Origin: a bacterium
Lineage (GTDB): Bacteria; Zhuqueibacterota; Zhuqueibacteria; Residuimicrobiales; Krinioviventaceae
Assembly (NCBI GenBank): GCA_963675755.2
Contig: CAXXMD010000002.1
Span: 1,728,001 to 1,792,000, forward strand
Length of the DNA: 64,000 nucleotides
Direction of reading: 5' to 3'
Both the position numbers and the translations under genes were made by a program. Shown piece by piece: positions 49,201-59,150 of the stretch (its first letter is position 1; every line of letters starts with the position of its first letter). The notes beneath the pieces were generated by a model. The model searched no databases. It saw only the letters and a list, made by a program, of their open reading frames with translations, and had not been told where the DNA came from.

Positions 49201-49291
49201 GACCAAAGGGCCCAACGGGTATCAGTTACACCATCTGATTTACAGACCCGTTGTTAAAAACTTGAAAATGAACAATATATTGCAGGAATAA
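46217..49291 (+). CDS. Large helical protein with C-terminal P-loop ATPase domain
   Basis: FFAGRD.EL; Walker A-like GENGSGRTT; Walker B-like CIVEN. Confidence 0.7.
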   Translation: MDNHIQVEYTKELETVLGKLDKITLKQASTLFNAWQNKHFEQLQSCEIICKNGQNSLFVLFEIDFSSLNYWQELDAFVHQLLDWLQGLDTTETDLFTIPSREAFETKYNKVINGCPDNLELQITDQWWKALADDTLRINMWKWLNRRRHAIQRNNLKLGNKIRGWSKKSAKALQQETRTINMQAFLQYYYTSSIYPLMIQKSSQCHQHIVSNYEKLHHTVNSLLDTLFAIQEFQTTLETGSPSLLRQKASTAENSIQEIQALLSDQKTILDQIQDDLKSGLDSSNAKLIKNWNYAGTALLPAPVFHSNKTESQWQKNQQALDKSFNRWKSVLESEKQDWKKDLELSQLQIHTIITSVETIETLHQKIFEHILPTFQDPRSMLQDALEKFKDMEQNPNAELKKEILSENRMTIRTLRREKIPKIVDTMQQAQILKTLENYLSRIRYNAEKLPERQSILDAKEKKIAEVPLKALMMEEVFPKLAQSHAQIMSEIQQKTDKIIRDILEVDQIVEFNFIAALDVLEQEQAGNQESIKVVIEGLTRANNQFSTLADNCTEINQIARDWLIKSTFSFQSQVHELENSEKINELQIRVAKAHTRDKIRQYKNNFFTSLKKLLPAAILFMRNSFQSINSNYQNIKKITGLGTIQPDSEQRITRFLHDSQKQLDKMPYVYQRLFRPAPLDDERFFAGRDTELEKIKDIFANWKTHPYSATAIVGENGSGRTTLLHFAESQVFRGYPVMKLELNKTITKPEDLFTRLSETLTQFDAETLDTLETEINSSDNRLVCIVENAHKLFLRTVNGFEALERFLLFVSRTQQKIFWVITFGIYSWKYLNKSIGISRYLGNIITLSDMPLSQIEAIILKRHRVSGYRLQFEGEPALLESRKYKKLASEELQQEFLKNVYFEQLNRQSLGNITVALLLWLLSIREIKEDKLIISPIIEYDVSFLQQISQDIVFTFAAFLQHHILNEAEYAAIFRTNNQNSTMQLENLRNKGLLTKGPNGYQLHHLIYRPVVKNLKMNNILQE

Positions 49292-49294
49292 CCC

Positions 49295-50251
49295 GTGTAT
49301 CGTTATTTATTAGCCATATTACTTTTACTGGTTTCTATACAGGTATTTGCGCAATCCCAGGCAGATACAACGGTTCAGGATACTGTCAAGATTAAATCCC
49401 AGTTATCACAGGAACAGGAAGACCTTACCACAGTTATTCAGGAGACCCAACCCGAATGGTCCATTTCAGTCGGTAAAATATTCTGGGCTGTGTTTGTATT
49501 TTTAATCGGATTTCTGATTATCAAATACGCCACGCGTTTACTGGAATTGATGGGAGAACGCTGGAACCGTTTTCGATTGTCTATTATGGGTTTCATCCCT
49601 ATCATCAGGATTACAGGCTGGACCTTTGTAGCCTATATCATCATTGCAGATATTTTTGCACCTCCCATAGCCACATTGGTTGCACTGACAGCTTCCGCAG
49701 GTATCGCCATTGGATTTGCCTCTCAGGATATATTGAAAAATATATTTGGCGGTGTAATGATATTGTTTGATCGTCCGTTTCAGGTTGGTGATAAGATCGA
49801 AATTGGCAATTATTACGGAGAAGTGATAAGCATCGGACTGCGTACGGTACGCATTGTCACTCCGGACGATTCACAGGTTGCCATTCCCAACAGTGAAATT
49901 GTAAATCAATCTGTTTCCAACGCAAACGTGGGAGAATCCAACTGCCAGGTTGTAGCAGAGTTTTACCTGCCTGCCAATATAGACATCGGTAAAGTCAAAA
50001 AAATCGCGTATCGTGCCGCAGCAGTATCAAGATACATCTATCTCAACAAACCCATTGCCGTTATATTCAAAAACGAGATCCACGAAGGCCGGTCCATGCT
50101 GAAAATGCGCCTCAAAGCCTATGTGCTGGATATCCGTTACGAGTTTCCCTTTGCCAGCGAAATGACAGAGATTGTGATTGACGAGTTGTTAAAACAGAAA
50201 CTGTTGACCGTAGAAGATTTGAGCTTTTCTCATTATCGTAATATGAATTGA
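49295..50251 (+). CDS. MscS family mechanosensitive channel
   Basis: IGFASQDILKNIFGG, PFQVGD, IGLRT and IPNS motifs. Confidence 0.93.
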   Translation: MYRYLLAILLLLVSIQVFAQSQADTTVQDTVKIKSQLSQEQEDLTTVIQETQPEWSISVGKIFWAVFVFLIGFLIIKYATRLLELMGERWNRFRLSIMGFIPIIRITGWTFVAYIIIADIFAPPIATLVALTASAGIAIGFASQDILKNIFGGVMILFDRPFQVGDKIEIGNYYGEVISIGLRTVRIVTPDDSQVAIPNSEIVNQSVSNANVGESNCQVVAEFYLPANIDIGKVKKIAYRAAAVSRYIYLNKPIAVIFKNEIHEGRSMLKMRLKAYVLDIRYEFPFASEMTEIVIDELLKQKLLTVEDLSFSHYRNMN

Positions 50252-50377
50252 AACAATATAAAAAGATCTGACATAACTTTTTATAAACAGTCCATGCAAT
50301 CCTCTTAACAATTTCTTTATTTGATTATTTTGTCACAATTTTCTAGTTTATAAATTACACAAACTCTTGATATAAAT

Positions 50378-51262
50378 ATGTTTCATCGAATAAATAATCT
50401 TTTAAAACAACCGTATCCCTTTGATTACAGACCCAGGGCAATTTTCAATCACTCTTTAAGTATTGGTCTGTTTATCTTTTTATTCCTGTTCATTTTCCAA
50501 CCCTTTGAGCTGCAACCCGTCAATGAATCGCTCCTGACCAAAACACTGGTGTATCTGGGTTATGGCATGATCACGTTTATTGTTTCCTTTTTATATCATT
50601 TCCTGCTTCCCCTCTTGTTTCCACAGATCATCAGGCAGGAACAGGTCCAAATTAAATATGAAATTCTATTTTCCATCGGTATTCTTTTTATTATCGGTAT
50701 TGCAAATGCAATTTATCATAATAGCTTGTATCCTGAACATACAATACTGAAAAGCATCCTTTATTTTCAATATTTCACTTTTACTATAGGATTTTTCCCC
50801 ATCATTCTCTTTCTCATGCTGGATGTAATCATGAAACAGCGCAGAAACCTGATCGATGCCAGTAAAATGAATTCAGAGATCCGGAAACAGGTAATCGATA
50901 AAGACTCCAACTCACAGATCATTACACTCACATCGGACAATGAAAAAGAGTCCATGACAATACCCACAGACAAACTGCTATATATTAAATCCGCTGGTAA
51001 TTATGTTACTGTCTATTTTAATCAAAATGGTAAAATACATTTTGAATTGTTACGAACACCGATCAAACGCATTCAATCATTGTTAATTGACTATCCTCAC
51101 ATTCTCCGCTGTCACCGCATGTATATCATCAACCTGCAGAACATCAATTCCGTTGTAGGTGATTCTCAAGGATACCAGATATCCTTAAAAGACACATCCG
51201 AAACCATTCCCGTATCACGTGGTTATTTAAAGCCATTCAGGCAAGCTGTTGATCAAATTTAA
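50378..51262 (+). CDS. Membrane-anchored LytTR transcriptional regulator
   Basis: About 4 TMs; YIKSAGNY, RCHRMYIIN and IPVSR motifs. Confidence 0.92.
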   Translation: MFHRINNLLKQPYPFDYRPRAIFNHSLSIGLFIFLFLFIFQPFELQPVNESLLTKTLVYLGYGMITFIVSFLYHFLLPLLFPQIIRQEQVQIKYEILFSIGILFIIGIANAIYHNSLYPEHTILKSILYFQYFTFTIGFFPIILFLMLDVIMKQRRNLIDASKMNSEIRKQVIDKDSNSQIITLTSDNEKESMTIPTDKLLYIKSAGNYVTVYFNQNGKIHFELLRTPIKRIQSLLIDYPHILRCHRMYIINLQNINSVVGDSQGYQISLKDTSETIPVSRGYLKPFRQAVDQI

Positions 51263-51267
51263 TGCAG

Positions 51268-51297
51268 TTCGTCACTAATAAGGGACATTGATCCCTA
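51268..51297 (+). promoter_or_regulatory. Candidate LytTR operator (imperfect direct repeat)
   Basis: TTCGTCACTA and TTGATCCCTA, 20 bp apart, upstream of the TonB receptor. Confidence 0.4.
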
Positions 51298-51372
51298 AAA
51301 TTGAAAATCATGAATATTTTATGATATTTTATCGTAGTTACGATTAAATATCATAAACATTAAGGAAGAACC

Positions 51373-53748
51373 ATGAAACACATCATAACTATTTTACTCC
51401 TGGCATGCACACTTTTAGCACAGGCCCAAACCGGTTCCCTCAGGGGACGTGTAACAGATGGTCAGACATTACAACCGCTGGTTGGTGTGAATGTAATATT
51501 AAAAAATAGTAAAACCGGTGCTGCTACAGATTCTGACGGACGTTATGTCATCAAAGATCTGCAAGTAGGTGTTTATACACTTGAATTCAGTTATATCGGT
51601 TATGAGAAAAAGACCATTCCGGATGTATTTATCAAAACCGGCAAACCGGTATTTGTCAACACTGAATTGAACATGCAGATCATTGAAGGACAAGAGATAA
51701 CGGTCTCTGCCGGATATTTTGAAGAACCGGGTGACAGACCGGTTAGTGTGCACAATTTGGGTTACGAAGAAATCCGCCGATCTCCCGGTGCCCGTGAAGA
51801 TGTAAGCCGTATGCTGCAAAACCTGCCCGGTGTCAGTCCTTCTACAGATGACCGCAATGATTTGATCATCCGTGGCGGAAGTCCTACAGAAGTGCTATAT
51901 GTCATTGACAATACCGATATTCCGAATCCCAATCATTTTGGAACACAGGGCGCCACCGGCGGACCGGTAAGCATGATCAATACCGAGTTTGTTGAAGATA
52001 TGACCTTTATGGCAGGCGGTTTTCCTGCCAGTTACGGGGATAAGGTTTCGGGCGTGATGGATATTTCATTACGGGAAGGCAACCGGTACGGATATAACGG
52101 TAAATTCGATCTCAGTTTTGCGGGTGTAGGCGGTTATTTTGAAGGACCTATCAACAACGGCAAGGGCTCATTTTTGCTGGGTGTGCATCGCAGTTTTCTG
52201 GACTTTCTCTCCGGTGTGATGGATTATGGCGGTGTGCCCATTTATTCAAATCTTCAAGGCAAAATGGTCTATGATTTAAATCCAAAACACCAATGGTCGA
52301 TGCTGTTTATTGGTGGTGATGATAGAATTGATCTGGAAAGTGATATTGAGGTGGATGATTTTATCATCGGGCAGGTGGATACGGTGGAATATGAACATAC
52401 GGATTTCAGGTCGCGACAATTCAGTTTAGGTACCAATCTGCGCTCATTCTGGTCCAAAACGTTTTATACCAATGTGAACCTTTCGCATACCTATAACCGT
52501 TTTTTCACAGATGTCAATTTCTTTGATATTACAGGCACACATAACTCGGGTCAGGAAGAATTGTCCGGCGAAAAACGTCTGGGCGAATCAGACATGTATG
52601 ATAATACATCAACCGAACAGGTATCCGCACTGAAACTCGATGCCAATTGGTTCATGAGCAAAACCCACACACTTATGTTTGGTACGTATGTTAAAGGATA
52701 TCAATTTAATCACGATATCGTGTATCAACCCATTAATCCGGACGAGCTCGATGCATGGGGACAATTACCAACGCCCTATTCTATCAATACCAAACAGAAT
52801 ATGACTCCCCGGTATGGCGCGTATGTGAATTTCAAACAACGGTTCCTGCACCGGTTTATATATAACCTGGGTGTTCGCTATGATCATTCTAATCTTTTGA
52901 ACGAGAGCAATACAAGTCCCCGGTTCAGCCTGAAATACGATGCAACCGAACGCCTGGATCTTCACGCAGGAATGGGACGTTTCTACCAGGCGCCGGAAAT
53001 GATCTTTATTACGTCTGATGAAAATAACAAAAACACGCTTCAAGACATCCAATGCGATCATTTGATTATTGGGCTCAATTATCTGCTTTCTGCCAATACC
53101 CGCCTCACCATAGAGGCCTATCATAAACGGTATGCACAGTACCCGGTATCCGGAGATGCAGGATACGAAATGATCTCGCTGGCCAACAGCGGTACAGATT
53201 ATGGGAATAACAACCGGAATCAGATCCTTTTGAGCGAAGGAGAAGGACGGGTAAACGGTCTGGAATTTATGATACAGAAAAAACTGATGGAAAATATTTA
53301 TGGATTGGTTTCGTATACACTCTCTAAAAGTGAAAACCAGGCTTTGGACAACATCTATCGTCCCGGCGCGTTTGACAATCGACATGTGTTTAACCTGGTT
53401 GCGGGATACCGTCTCAATAAATCCTGGGAATTCAGTGTAAAATGGCGTTATGCCGGAGGTGTGCCCTATACACCGTATGATATTGAAGCATCCAAAGCAG
53501 CTGGCAGAGGTGTACTGGACCTGAGTAGAATTAATGATGAACGGTTCGATCCCTATCACCGTTTGGATGTTCGTTTTGACCATCGTTCGTACATGAAAAT
53601 GGGTACCCTGGTAGAATACTTTTCCGTTGAAAATCTGTACAACCGGCAAAACATCCGCTGGAGCTACTGGAACCGCGCCCAGGGAAAAACCGATTTCTGG
53701 TACCAAACCGGAATCTTTATTGTGGGTGGAATGAGTTTCGAGTTTTGA
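51373..53748 (+). CDS. TonB-dependent receptor
   Basis: CarboxypepD_reg-like N-terminus; plug LPGV..RGG..NPNHF; ENLYN; terminal Phe. Confidence 0.93.
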   Translation: MKHIITILLLACTLLAQAQTGSLRGRVTDGQTLQPLVGVNVILKNSKTGAATDSDGRYVIKDLQVGVYTLEFSYIGYEKKTIPDVFIKTGKPVFVNTELNMQIIEGQEITVSAGYFEEPGDRPVSVHNLGYEEIRRSPGAREDVSRMLQNLPGVSPSTDDRNDLIIRGGSPTEVLYVIDNTDIPNPNHFGTQGATGGPVSMINTEFVEDMTFMAGGFPASYGDKVSGVMDISLREGNRYGYNGKFDLSFAGVGGYFEGPINNGKGSFLLGVHRSFLDFLSGVMDYGGVPIYSNLQGKMVYDLNPKHQWSMLFIGGDDRIDLESDIEVDDFIIGQVDTVEYEHTDFRSRQFSLGTNLRSFWSKTFYTNVNLSHTYNRFFTDVNFFDITGTHNSGQEELSGEKRLGESDMYDNTSTEQVSALKLDANWFMSKTHTLMFGTYVKGYQFNHDIVYQPINPDELDAWGQLPTPYSINTKQNMTPRYGAYVNFKQRFLHRFIYNLGVRYDHSNLLNESNTSPRFSLKYDATERLDLHAGMGRFYQAPEMIFITSDENNKNTLQDIQCDHLIIGLNYLLSANTRLTIEAYHKRYAQYPVSGDAGYEMISLANSGTDYGNNNRNQILLSEGEGRVNGLEFMIQKKLMENIYGLVSYTLSKSENQALDNIYRPGAFDNRHVFNLVAGYRLNKSWEFSVKWRYAGGVPYTPYDIEASKAAGRGVLDLSRINDERFDPYHRLDVRFDHRSYMKMGTLVEYFSVENLYNRQNIRWSYWNRAQGKTDFWYQTGIFIVGGMSFEF

Positions 53749-53752
53749 TTTC

Positions 53753-53778
53753 GGGAGGGCGTGTCCCTCCCTTTTTTT
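53753..53778 (+). terminator. Intrinsic terminator
   Basis: GGGAGGG-cgtgt-CCCTCCC followed by TTTTTTT. Confidence 0.85.
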
Positions 53779-53858
53779 ATTTCTTGCTTGTATAATCGCG
53801 AATTTCTATCTTTTGAAAATCAATAACCTAATCTTTACATCATTCTTTGGAGGGAAAC

Positions 53859-55316
53859 ATGTTGAGGGGATTCTCAAAAATCACACTTTATTTCATCCTG
53901 ACAGCAGTGTTTATACATCCTGGTTATCTCAAATCTGCGGGAAACACAAATTACCTTCAATATGTTCAATCCTATGCAAATGCAATGATCGAAAAAGGAC
54001 GCGATGTTTATGGCACCGAGCATTCCCCCCTGTTTGCCTCCGCACTGGACCGGTCAACCATGCGTATTGGAGAATTCCCGTCCATTGAGGGCATTCGCGC
54101 AGGAGATCGCGCACAAACAGGCGCAAATCCCTATCACGATATGGCGCTCTACTCGATACTCTATGAGCTGTCAGAAATAACAGGTAACAAGCTGTATAGT
54201 AATAAAGCAGACAAGGCCCTCAACTTTTTCATCACCCACTGTGCAAGTCCTGAAACCCATCTTTTCACCTGGGGCGAACATTTGTTTTGGGATTTTAATA
54301 CAGAATCGCAAGGCAATAATTTTGACATGCACGAGATCAATGGCCCCTGGCCATTCTGGGACCAGAGTTATACATTCAATCCTAAAGCCTGTAAACAGTT
54401 TGCAATGGGTTTGTGGCAGCATCAGGTCGCAGACCACGAAACCGGTGATTTTAGCAGACATGCCCGCTGGTCCTCTCACGGGCCGAACAAGGGATCGGAT
54501 TTTCCCCGTTATGCGGGACAAATGATCGAGATTTGGGCGGACGCATATTCACGTCCGGGTATCACAGAACAGGATAAAGCAGAACTGGTACGCGCGATTA
54601 CCTGTATTGTTTACCGCATGGAAGAAAATTCAAAATCCACTGCAACCGGTTACCTGCCCGCGCTGCGGGGAGCGGATTACGCCTGGCCTTCAAGCAACCT
54701 TGAACTGGCACGATGTTTATGGGGTGCCGCAGACAATATGGCCCCTGATCTTGCTGAACGGATGAAAACACTGGCAACCCAGCAGGATACGGATTTTCTA
54801 CGTGCTCCACACCAGCTGCATTCAGGCGGTGGTTTTGCTGCTACCCTGCATACGGAAACCGGAGAACCTCGGGACCGCTCCATGAACAAGCCCTATACGG
54901 CATTATGGGCATCCGGTTATGGCTACGGTACACATGCCTCTATGGCAAACCGGTGCTATCAACGCTATCAGCAATTAACACAGAATAATCCTGAAACAGC
55001 CGCACAGTACCACAAATTGATCAATGCGGCTGCCAATCAATATCTGAATGCAGAACCGGATACCAGTGGTGGCGTCAAACCGGACGCGGTGTCGGATATC
55101 ATTAACCTGATGTTAAATACATACGAAATGACTGCTGACAAAAAATATCTGAATCGTGCTAATGAATTTGCGCAATGGGGAATATCTCTCTTTCTGGATG
55201 ACGGATTACCGCTTCCCAAAGCCAGCAGCCGGCATACTCATTACGAAGCCCTCACCGGCGGACCGGATTTCATGTATGCGTTATTAAGAATCTATGATCA
55301 GAATTCAAATAAATAA
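53859..55316 (+). CDS. Exported alpha/alpha-toroid protein, possibly polysaccharide lyase-like
   Basis: Signal-like N-terminus; GRDVYG..SPLF, LF.WGEH and DFSRH motifs; fold inferred. Confidence 0.5.
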   Translation: MLRGFSKITLYFILTAVFIHPGYLKSAGNTNYLQYVQSYANAMIEKGRDVYGTEHSPLFASALDRSTMRIGEFPSIEGIRAGDRAQTGANPYHDMALYSILYELSEITGNKLYSNKADKALNFFITHCASPETHLFTWGEHLFWDFNTESQGNNFDMHEINGPWPFWDQSYTFNPKACKQFAMGLWQHQVADHETGDFSRHARWSSHGPNKGSDFPRYAGQMIEIWADAYSRPGITEQDKAELVRAITCIVYRMEENSKSTATGYLPALRGADYAWPSSNLELARCLWGAADNMAPDLAERMKTLATQQDTDFLRAPHQLHSGGGFAATLHTETGEPRDRSMNKPYTALWASGYGYGTHASMANRCYQRYQQLTQNNPETAAQYHKLINAAANQYLNAEPDTSGGVKPDAVSDIINLMLNTYEMTADKKYLNRANEFAQWGISLFLDDGLPLPKASSRHTHYEALTGGPDFMYALLRIYDQNSNK

Positions 55317-55324
55317 AAAATATC

Positions 55325-55897
55325 ATGCAACCCCTTGATGATAATTCCATAAAAAAAGCAGTAGAAGAACTGGATTCCAACGAGGAAAAACGGCGCAACC
55401 CGGCATTCAACTTTTTGCTGCCTGTTAGCAAAGAACAACCGGAATTACTCTCTCGCCATTGGGATATACTGGTAAAAATCCTGCTAAAAGAGCAGGTATC
55501 CAATCCTTTTGTAGCAATCCCCCTCATCGCAAATTTAACGATTGTAGATAAAGAGAATAAATTCGAGGATATATTTGACCTGTTTTACAAGCTGATCGAT
55601 CATGAGAGCCCTGTAGTCTCTCCGCATATTGCAGGTAATTCAGGAACAATCATCAATGCCAAACCGCATCTCGAAAACCAAATATTAGATATCCTTTTGA
55701 CTACTGACGAGCACAGCCAGTGTCGTCATAAAGGATTATTAAAAGCCTATGTAATTATAGCACTTGAAGCATGTTATGCTAACCTCACGAACAAAGACAG
55801 AGTGATTGATTATGTTAAATCGCAACAGTATTGCGACAGCCCCAAAACCCGCAAACTGGCAAAAGTATTTCTTAAATCGCATTCAAGTAATTCATAA
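55325..55897 (+). CDS. HEAT/ARM-like helical hypothetical protein
   Basis: 190 aa of amphipathic helical repeats. Confidence 0.6.
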   Translation: MQPLDDNSIKKAVEELDSNEEKRRNPAFNFLLPVSKEQPELLSRHWDILVKILLKEQVSNPFVAIPLIANLTIVDKENKFEDIFDLFYKLIDHESPVVSPHIAGNSGTIINAKPHLENQILDILLTTDEHSQCRHKGLLKAYVIIALEACYANLTNKDRVIDYVKSQQYCDSPKTRKLAKVFLKSHSSNS

Positions 55898-56089
55898 TGA
55901 ATGTAATTTCTATCCCCTTGTTAAATACGGATTCAGCTCCGGATATCTGATAATAAATTAACGTATTAAAACAAAAATCAAAAAGCTTGAATAATTCTAT
56001 AAATTTTAGTAATATGTCAAGATATACCTAAATTAAATCTTGTCTATTATTCGTAAAATTCAAAATATAAAATTTTTCAAACAAAAATT

Positions 56090-57529
56090 ATGTTATTTAA
56101 TTCTTTTCAATTTCTCATATTTTTTCCAATTTCAGTAGCGCTCTATTTTAGCACTCCTGCCAAATATCGTTGGACGATATTACTGGTAGCCAGCTATTAT
56201 TTTTACATGTCCTGGCGTCCTGAATATGCTATACTCATCCTTGGCTCAACAATCATTGACTATTTTGCAGCCCTCAAGATGAGCAAATACCAAGACAAAA
56301 AAAAACGAACACCTATTCTTTTATTCAGCCTGTTCACCAACCTGGGCTTGTTGTTTACATTTAAATATTTTAATTTCTTTAGTGAATCATTTTACCATAT
56401 CTTTAAGCTGTTCAGCCACAGTGCTACACCTTTTGAACTCAATGTGCTGCTACCGGTTGGCATTTCCTTTTATACATTTCAAACGCTGAGCTATACCATT
56501 GATGTTTATCGGGGCGACCGTGAGCCTGAACGACATTTTGGAATATTTGCGGTATATGTATCATTCTTTCCCCAGCTAGTTGCCGGCCCCATTGAACGCT
56601 CTACAACACTATTACCCCAGTTTCACAAAACGTTTGAACCCAATTACAATAACATGAAATACGGTTTACAGCTTGCTGCATGGGGCATGTTTAAAAAAGT
56701 AGCCATTGCTGATCAATTGGCGCTGTATGTAAACCGGGTTTATTCCAATCCAACGGGCTATACCGGCTTTGATATATTGCTTGCAACCTACTTTTTTGCT
56801 TTTCAAATTTATTGCGACTTTTCAGGATATTCGGATATTGCAATTGGTATTGCTCGTGTATTTGGTTACCAGTTTATGAAGAATTTTGATCGGCCCTATT
56901 TCTCACAATCTATTCATGAATTCTGGAAACGCTGGCATATTTCGCTTTCCAGTTGGTTTCGGGACTATTTGTATATACCGCTGGGAGGTAACCGGGTTTC
57001 AAAAAGCAGGCTGCATTTCAATCTTTTGGCTGTTTTCCTTACAAGTGGTTTGTGGCATGGTGCCAACTGGACTTTTGTGGTCTGGGGCGGTTTGCATGGA
57101 CTATTTTTGATCTTTGAAAGATGGAGCCACAAAGCCAGAGAAAAATTTTATGCAATTACCGGAATCAGCAAACATACACCCATACAGAATTTTATAAATA
57201 TCATTATCACTTTTCACCTGGTTTTGTTTTCATGGGTATTCTTTAGAGCACAATCCCTTCAAAAGGTTTTTCTATATTTCAAAGAAATTGCAAAATCATT
57301 TATTTATTTTGATCCAAACAAAATATTTGAAGATCCAATAAATCCATTATATTTTCTAGTGATCATTTTACTTATAATGGTAGAAATTTTACAAAGCCGG
57401 TACAAACTGCGTGAAACCATTGCAAAGTTTCCAACCTGGCTGCGTTGGTCAATCTATTTTATTGGATTATTTTCAATTTATTATCTGGGGGAATTTAACG
57501 AACAGGAATTTATCTATTTTCAATTTTAA
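56090..57529 (+). CDS. MBOAT O-acyltransferase (AlgI/PatA/DltB family), copy 1
   Basis: MLFNS, LPVGISFYTFQ, FFPQLVAGPIER, DFSGYSD, FWKRWHISLS, GLWHG, FIYFQF. Confidence 0.95.
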   Translation: MLFNSFQFLIFFPISVALYFSTPAKYRWTILLVASYYFYMSWRPEYAILILGSTIIDYFAALKMSKYQDKKKRTPILLFSLFTNLGLLFTFKYFNFFSESFYHIFKLFSHSATPFELNVLLPVGISFYTFQTLSYTIDVYRGDREPERHFGIFAVYVSFFPQLVAGPIERSTTLLPQFHKTFEPNYNNMKYGLQLAAWGMFKKVAIADQLALYVNRVYSNPTGYTGFDILLATYFFAFQIYCDFSGYSDIAIGIARVFGYQFMKNFDRPYFSQSIHEFWKRWHISLSSWFRDYLYIPLGGNRVSKSRLHFNLLAVFLTSGLWHGANWTFVVWGGLHGLFLIFERWSHKAREKFYAITGISKHTPIQNFINIIITFHLVLFSWVFFRAQSLQKVFLYFKEIAKSFIYFDPNKIFEDPINPLYFLVIILLIMVEILQSRYKLRETIAKFPTWLRWSIYFIGLFSIYYLGEFNEQEFIYFQF

Positions 57530-57538
57530 TTTTAAATT

Positions 57539-58594
57539 ATGAAAAAAATAATAATTAAAATATGCTTTTTCATCCCCCTGCTTGTGTTCATAATTACGCC
57601 TATTGTATGGGTTGACCCCTTACATCTGTTTGGCCGTACTCATGGATTGAACACAGAGTATTTCTATAACCAGAGATTGATCAAAACCAATATACTTCGA
57701 TATGAAACTCCGGATTATAACTCTATTATTATTGGCAGCAGTCGTATCCGATACATGTCAGATATTGAAATAGGGAATTATAAAATTCTGAATTTGGGCA
57801 TGGATGGTCTCAAACTTGTCGACTTTCCAGGATTCATAGACCTTGCCAATGAAAGAGTACCGGATTCGCTCGAATGTATAATTGTTGCTATGGATATGTT
57901 TGGTACAAGAAAACCCGATTCCACTCGCACTTATTGGGGATCAACCGATGAATATCTGAGCAATTCTCAAGACATTTCTTATCTATTACCAATCATGATT
58001 GGCCCAAACAGCTTTAAATACAGTACTAAATCTATTGCAAATTATATTCTTCATGGGAAAAAAGCAGCTACGTCATGGAAAAAATTGAATTTACCTGTTC
58101 CTCCGCCCAAATCAGTACATGCGAGGCGTATAAGAAACGCATTCTCCACCTGGGAATTTGATGAAAACAGCTTGACAGCGCTTGAATACATTAAAACAAC
58201 TTTTAAAAACCAACGGTTAATTTTTATTGTGAATCCGGTATCCGTGGAACTGTTTAAACTCATTGATGACCAAAATCGAACATCCGATTTCCTGATCTGG
58301 TTACATACGCTTGCTCAAACACTTGATGGATTTTACAATTTTATGGATATCACTCCATTAACAAGTACTCCGCAAAATTGGCGCGATGTTAATCACGCTC
58401 ACCCCGATACCATGAAACTACAAATCGAGTCTATTGTATTAAATAAAACCGACAATCCCAATTTTACATTTATCACCAGAGAAAATGCGGATAGTGTAAT
58501 TAGCTGCATTGGAAACAGATTAAAAGAATATAATTTCCCACAATATAGAATAAATTATGAAAATGATAAACCTTGCCCACTCATAAAAAAGTAA
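57539..58594 (+). CDS. SGNH-like acyltransferase partner of MBOAT, copy 1
   Basis: N-terminal TM, VDP, IIGSSR (catalytic Ser) and DVNH (DxxH). Confidence 0.75.
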   Translation: MKKIIIKICFFIPLLVFIITPIVWVDPLHLFGRTHGLNTEYFYNQRLIKTNILRYETPDYNSIIIGSSRIRYMSDIEIGNYKILNLGMDGLKLVDFPGFIDLANERVPDSLECIIVAMDMFGTRKPDSTRTYWGSTDEYLSNSQDISYLLPIMIGPNSFKYSTKSIANYILHGKKAATSWKKLNLPVPPPKSVHARRIRNAFSTWEFDENSLTALEYIKTTFKNQRLIFIVNPVSVELFKLIDDQNRTSDFLIWLHTLAQTLDGFYNFMDITPLTSTPQNWRDVNHAHPDTMKLQIESIVLNKTDNPNFTFITRENADSVISCIGNRLKEYNFPQYRINYENDKPCPLIKK

Positions 58595-58817
58595 CTACAA
58601 TAGACAGGGATAATCAGGGAAATCCCTAATCCCATACAAGATTTTTAGTTTAAACTATCATCAGGTTGCATGGATTAATATCTATACTCCCCCAAAATAG
58701 TTAACCTGCCAGTTGCAGAGCATTTCTCCTCATCGATGGAATCAAACTTATATTATAGATATTATTAAAGATGATTTTTTTGTAGAAAGGTAAATCTTGA
58801 AATGGGATCATATTCCA

Positions 58818-59150
58818 TTATTCAAGGTCGATATCCGGTTTCCAGCCATATTTCTGCAAGTCAATTTGTCCCCGTGCATTGATCTCTATGCCTTCACTCT
58901 CGAGCAGATTCTTTTGAATTTCTCCGGAAGCACACGTATCCCCCAGACTGATCTGTCCTTTCGAGTTGATTACCCGATGCCAGGGAATATCCATTTCTTT
59001 CGGCGTACTGCTTAGCGCCCAGCCCACAGTTCGCGCCGCTCGCGGATTACCCAGCATTGTGGCGATCTGTCCGTATGATGCAACTTTTCCGTAAGGAATT
59101 TGCGCCACCAACGCCCATACCTTTTCAAAAAATCCGGTTGTCATACTCAT
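58818..59150 (-). CDS. atl: Alkyltransferase-like (ATL/YbaZ-type) O6-alkylguanine binding protein
   Basis: IPYGKVASYGQIA, ARTVG; PWHRV (Trp in place of the MGMT catalytic Cys). Confidence 0.9.
   Translation of the reverse strand: MSMTTGFFEKVWALVAQIPYGKVASYGQIATMLGNPRAARTVGWALSSTPKEMDIPWHRVINSKGQISLGDTCASGEIQKNLLESEGIEINARGQIDLQKYGWKPDIDLE

Noticed and set aside
52765-53706. 313-aa minus-strand ORF
   Set aside because: Antisense shadow of the TonB receptor with no recognisable motifs
58818-59150. Active O6-methylguanine methyltransferase (ogt)
   Set aside because: The motif is PWHRV, not PCHRV, so the acceptor Cys is missing
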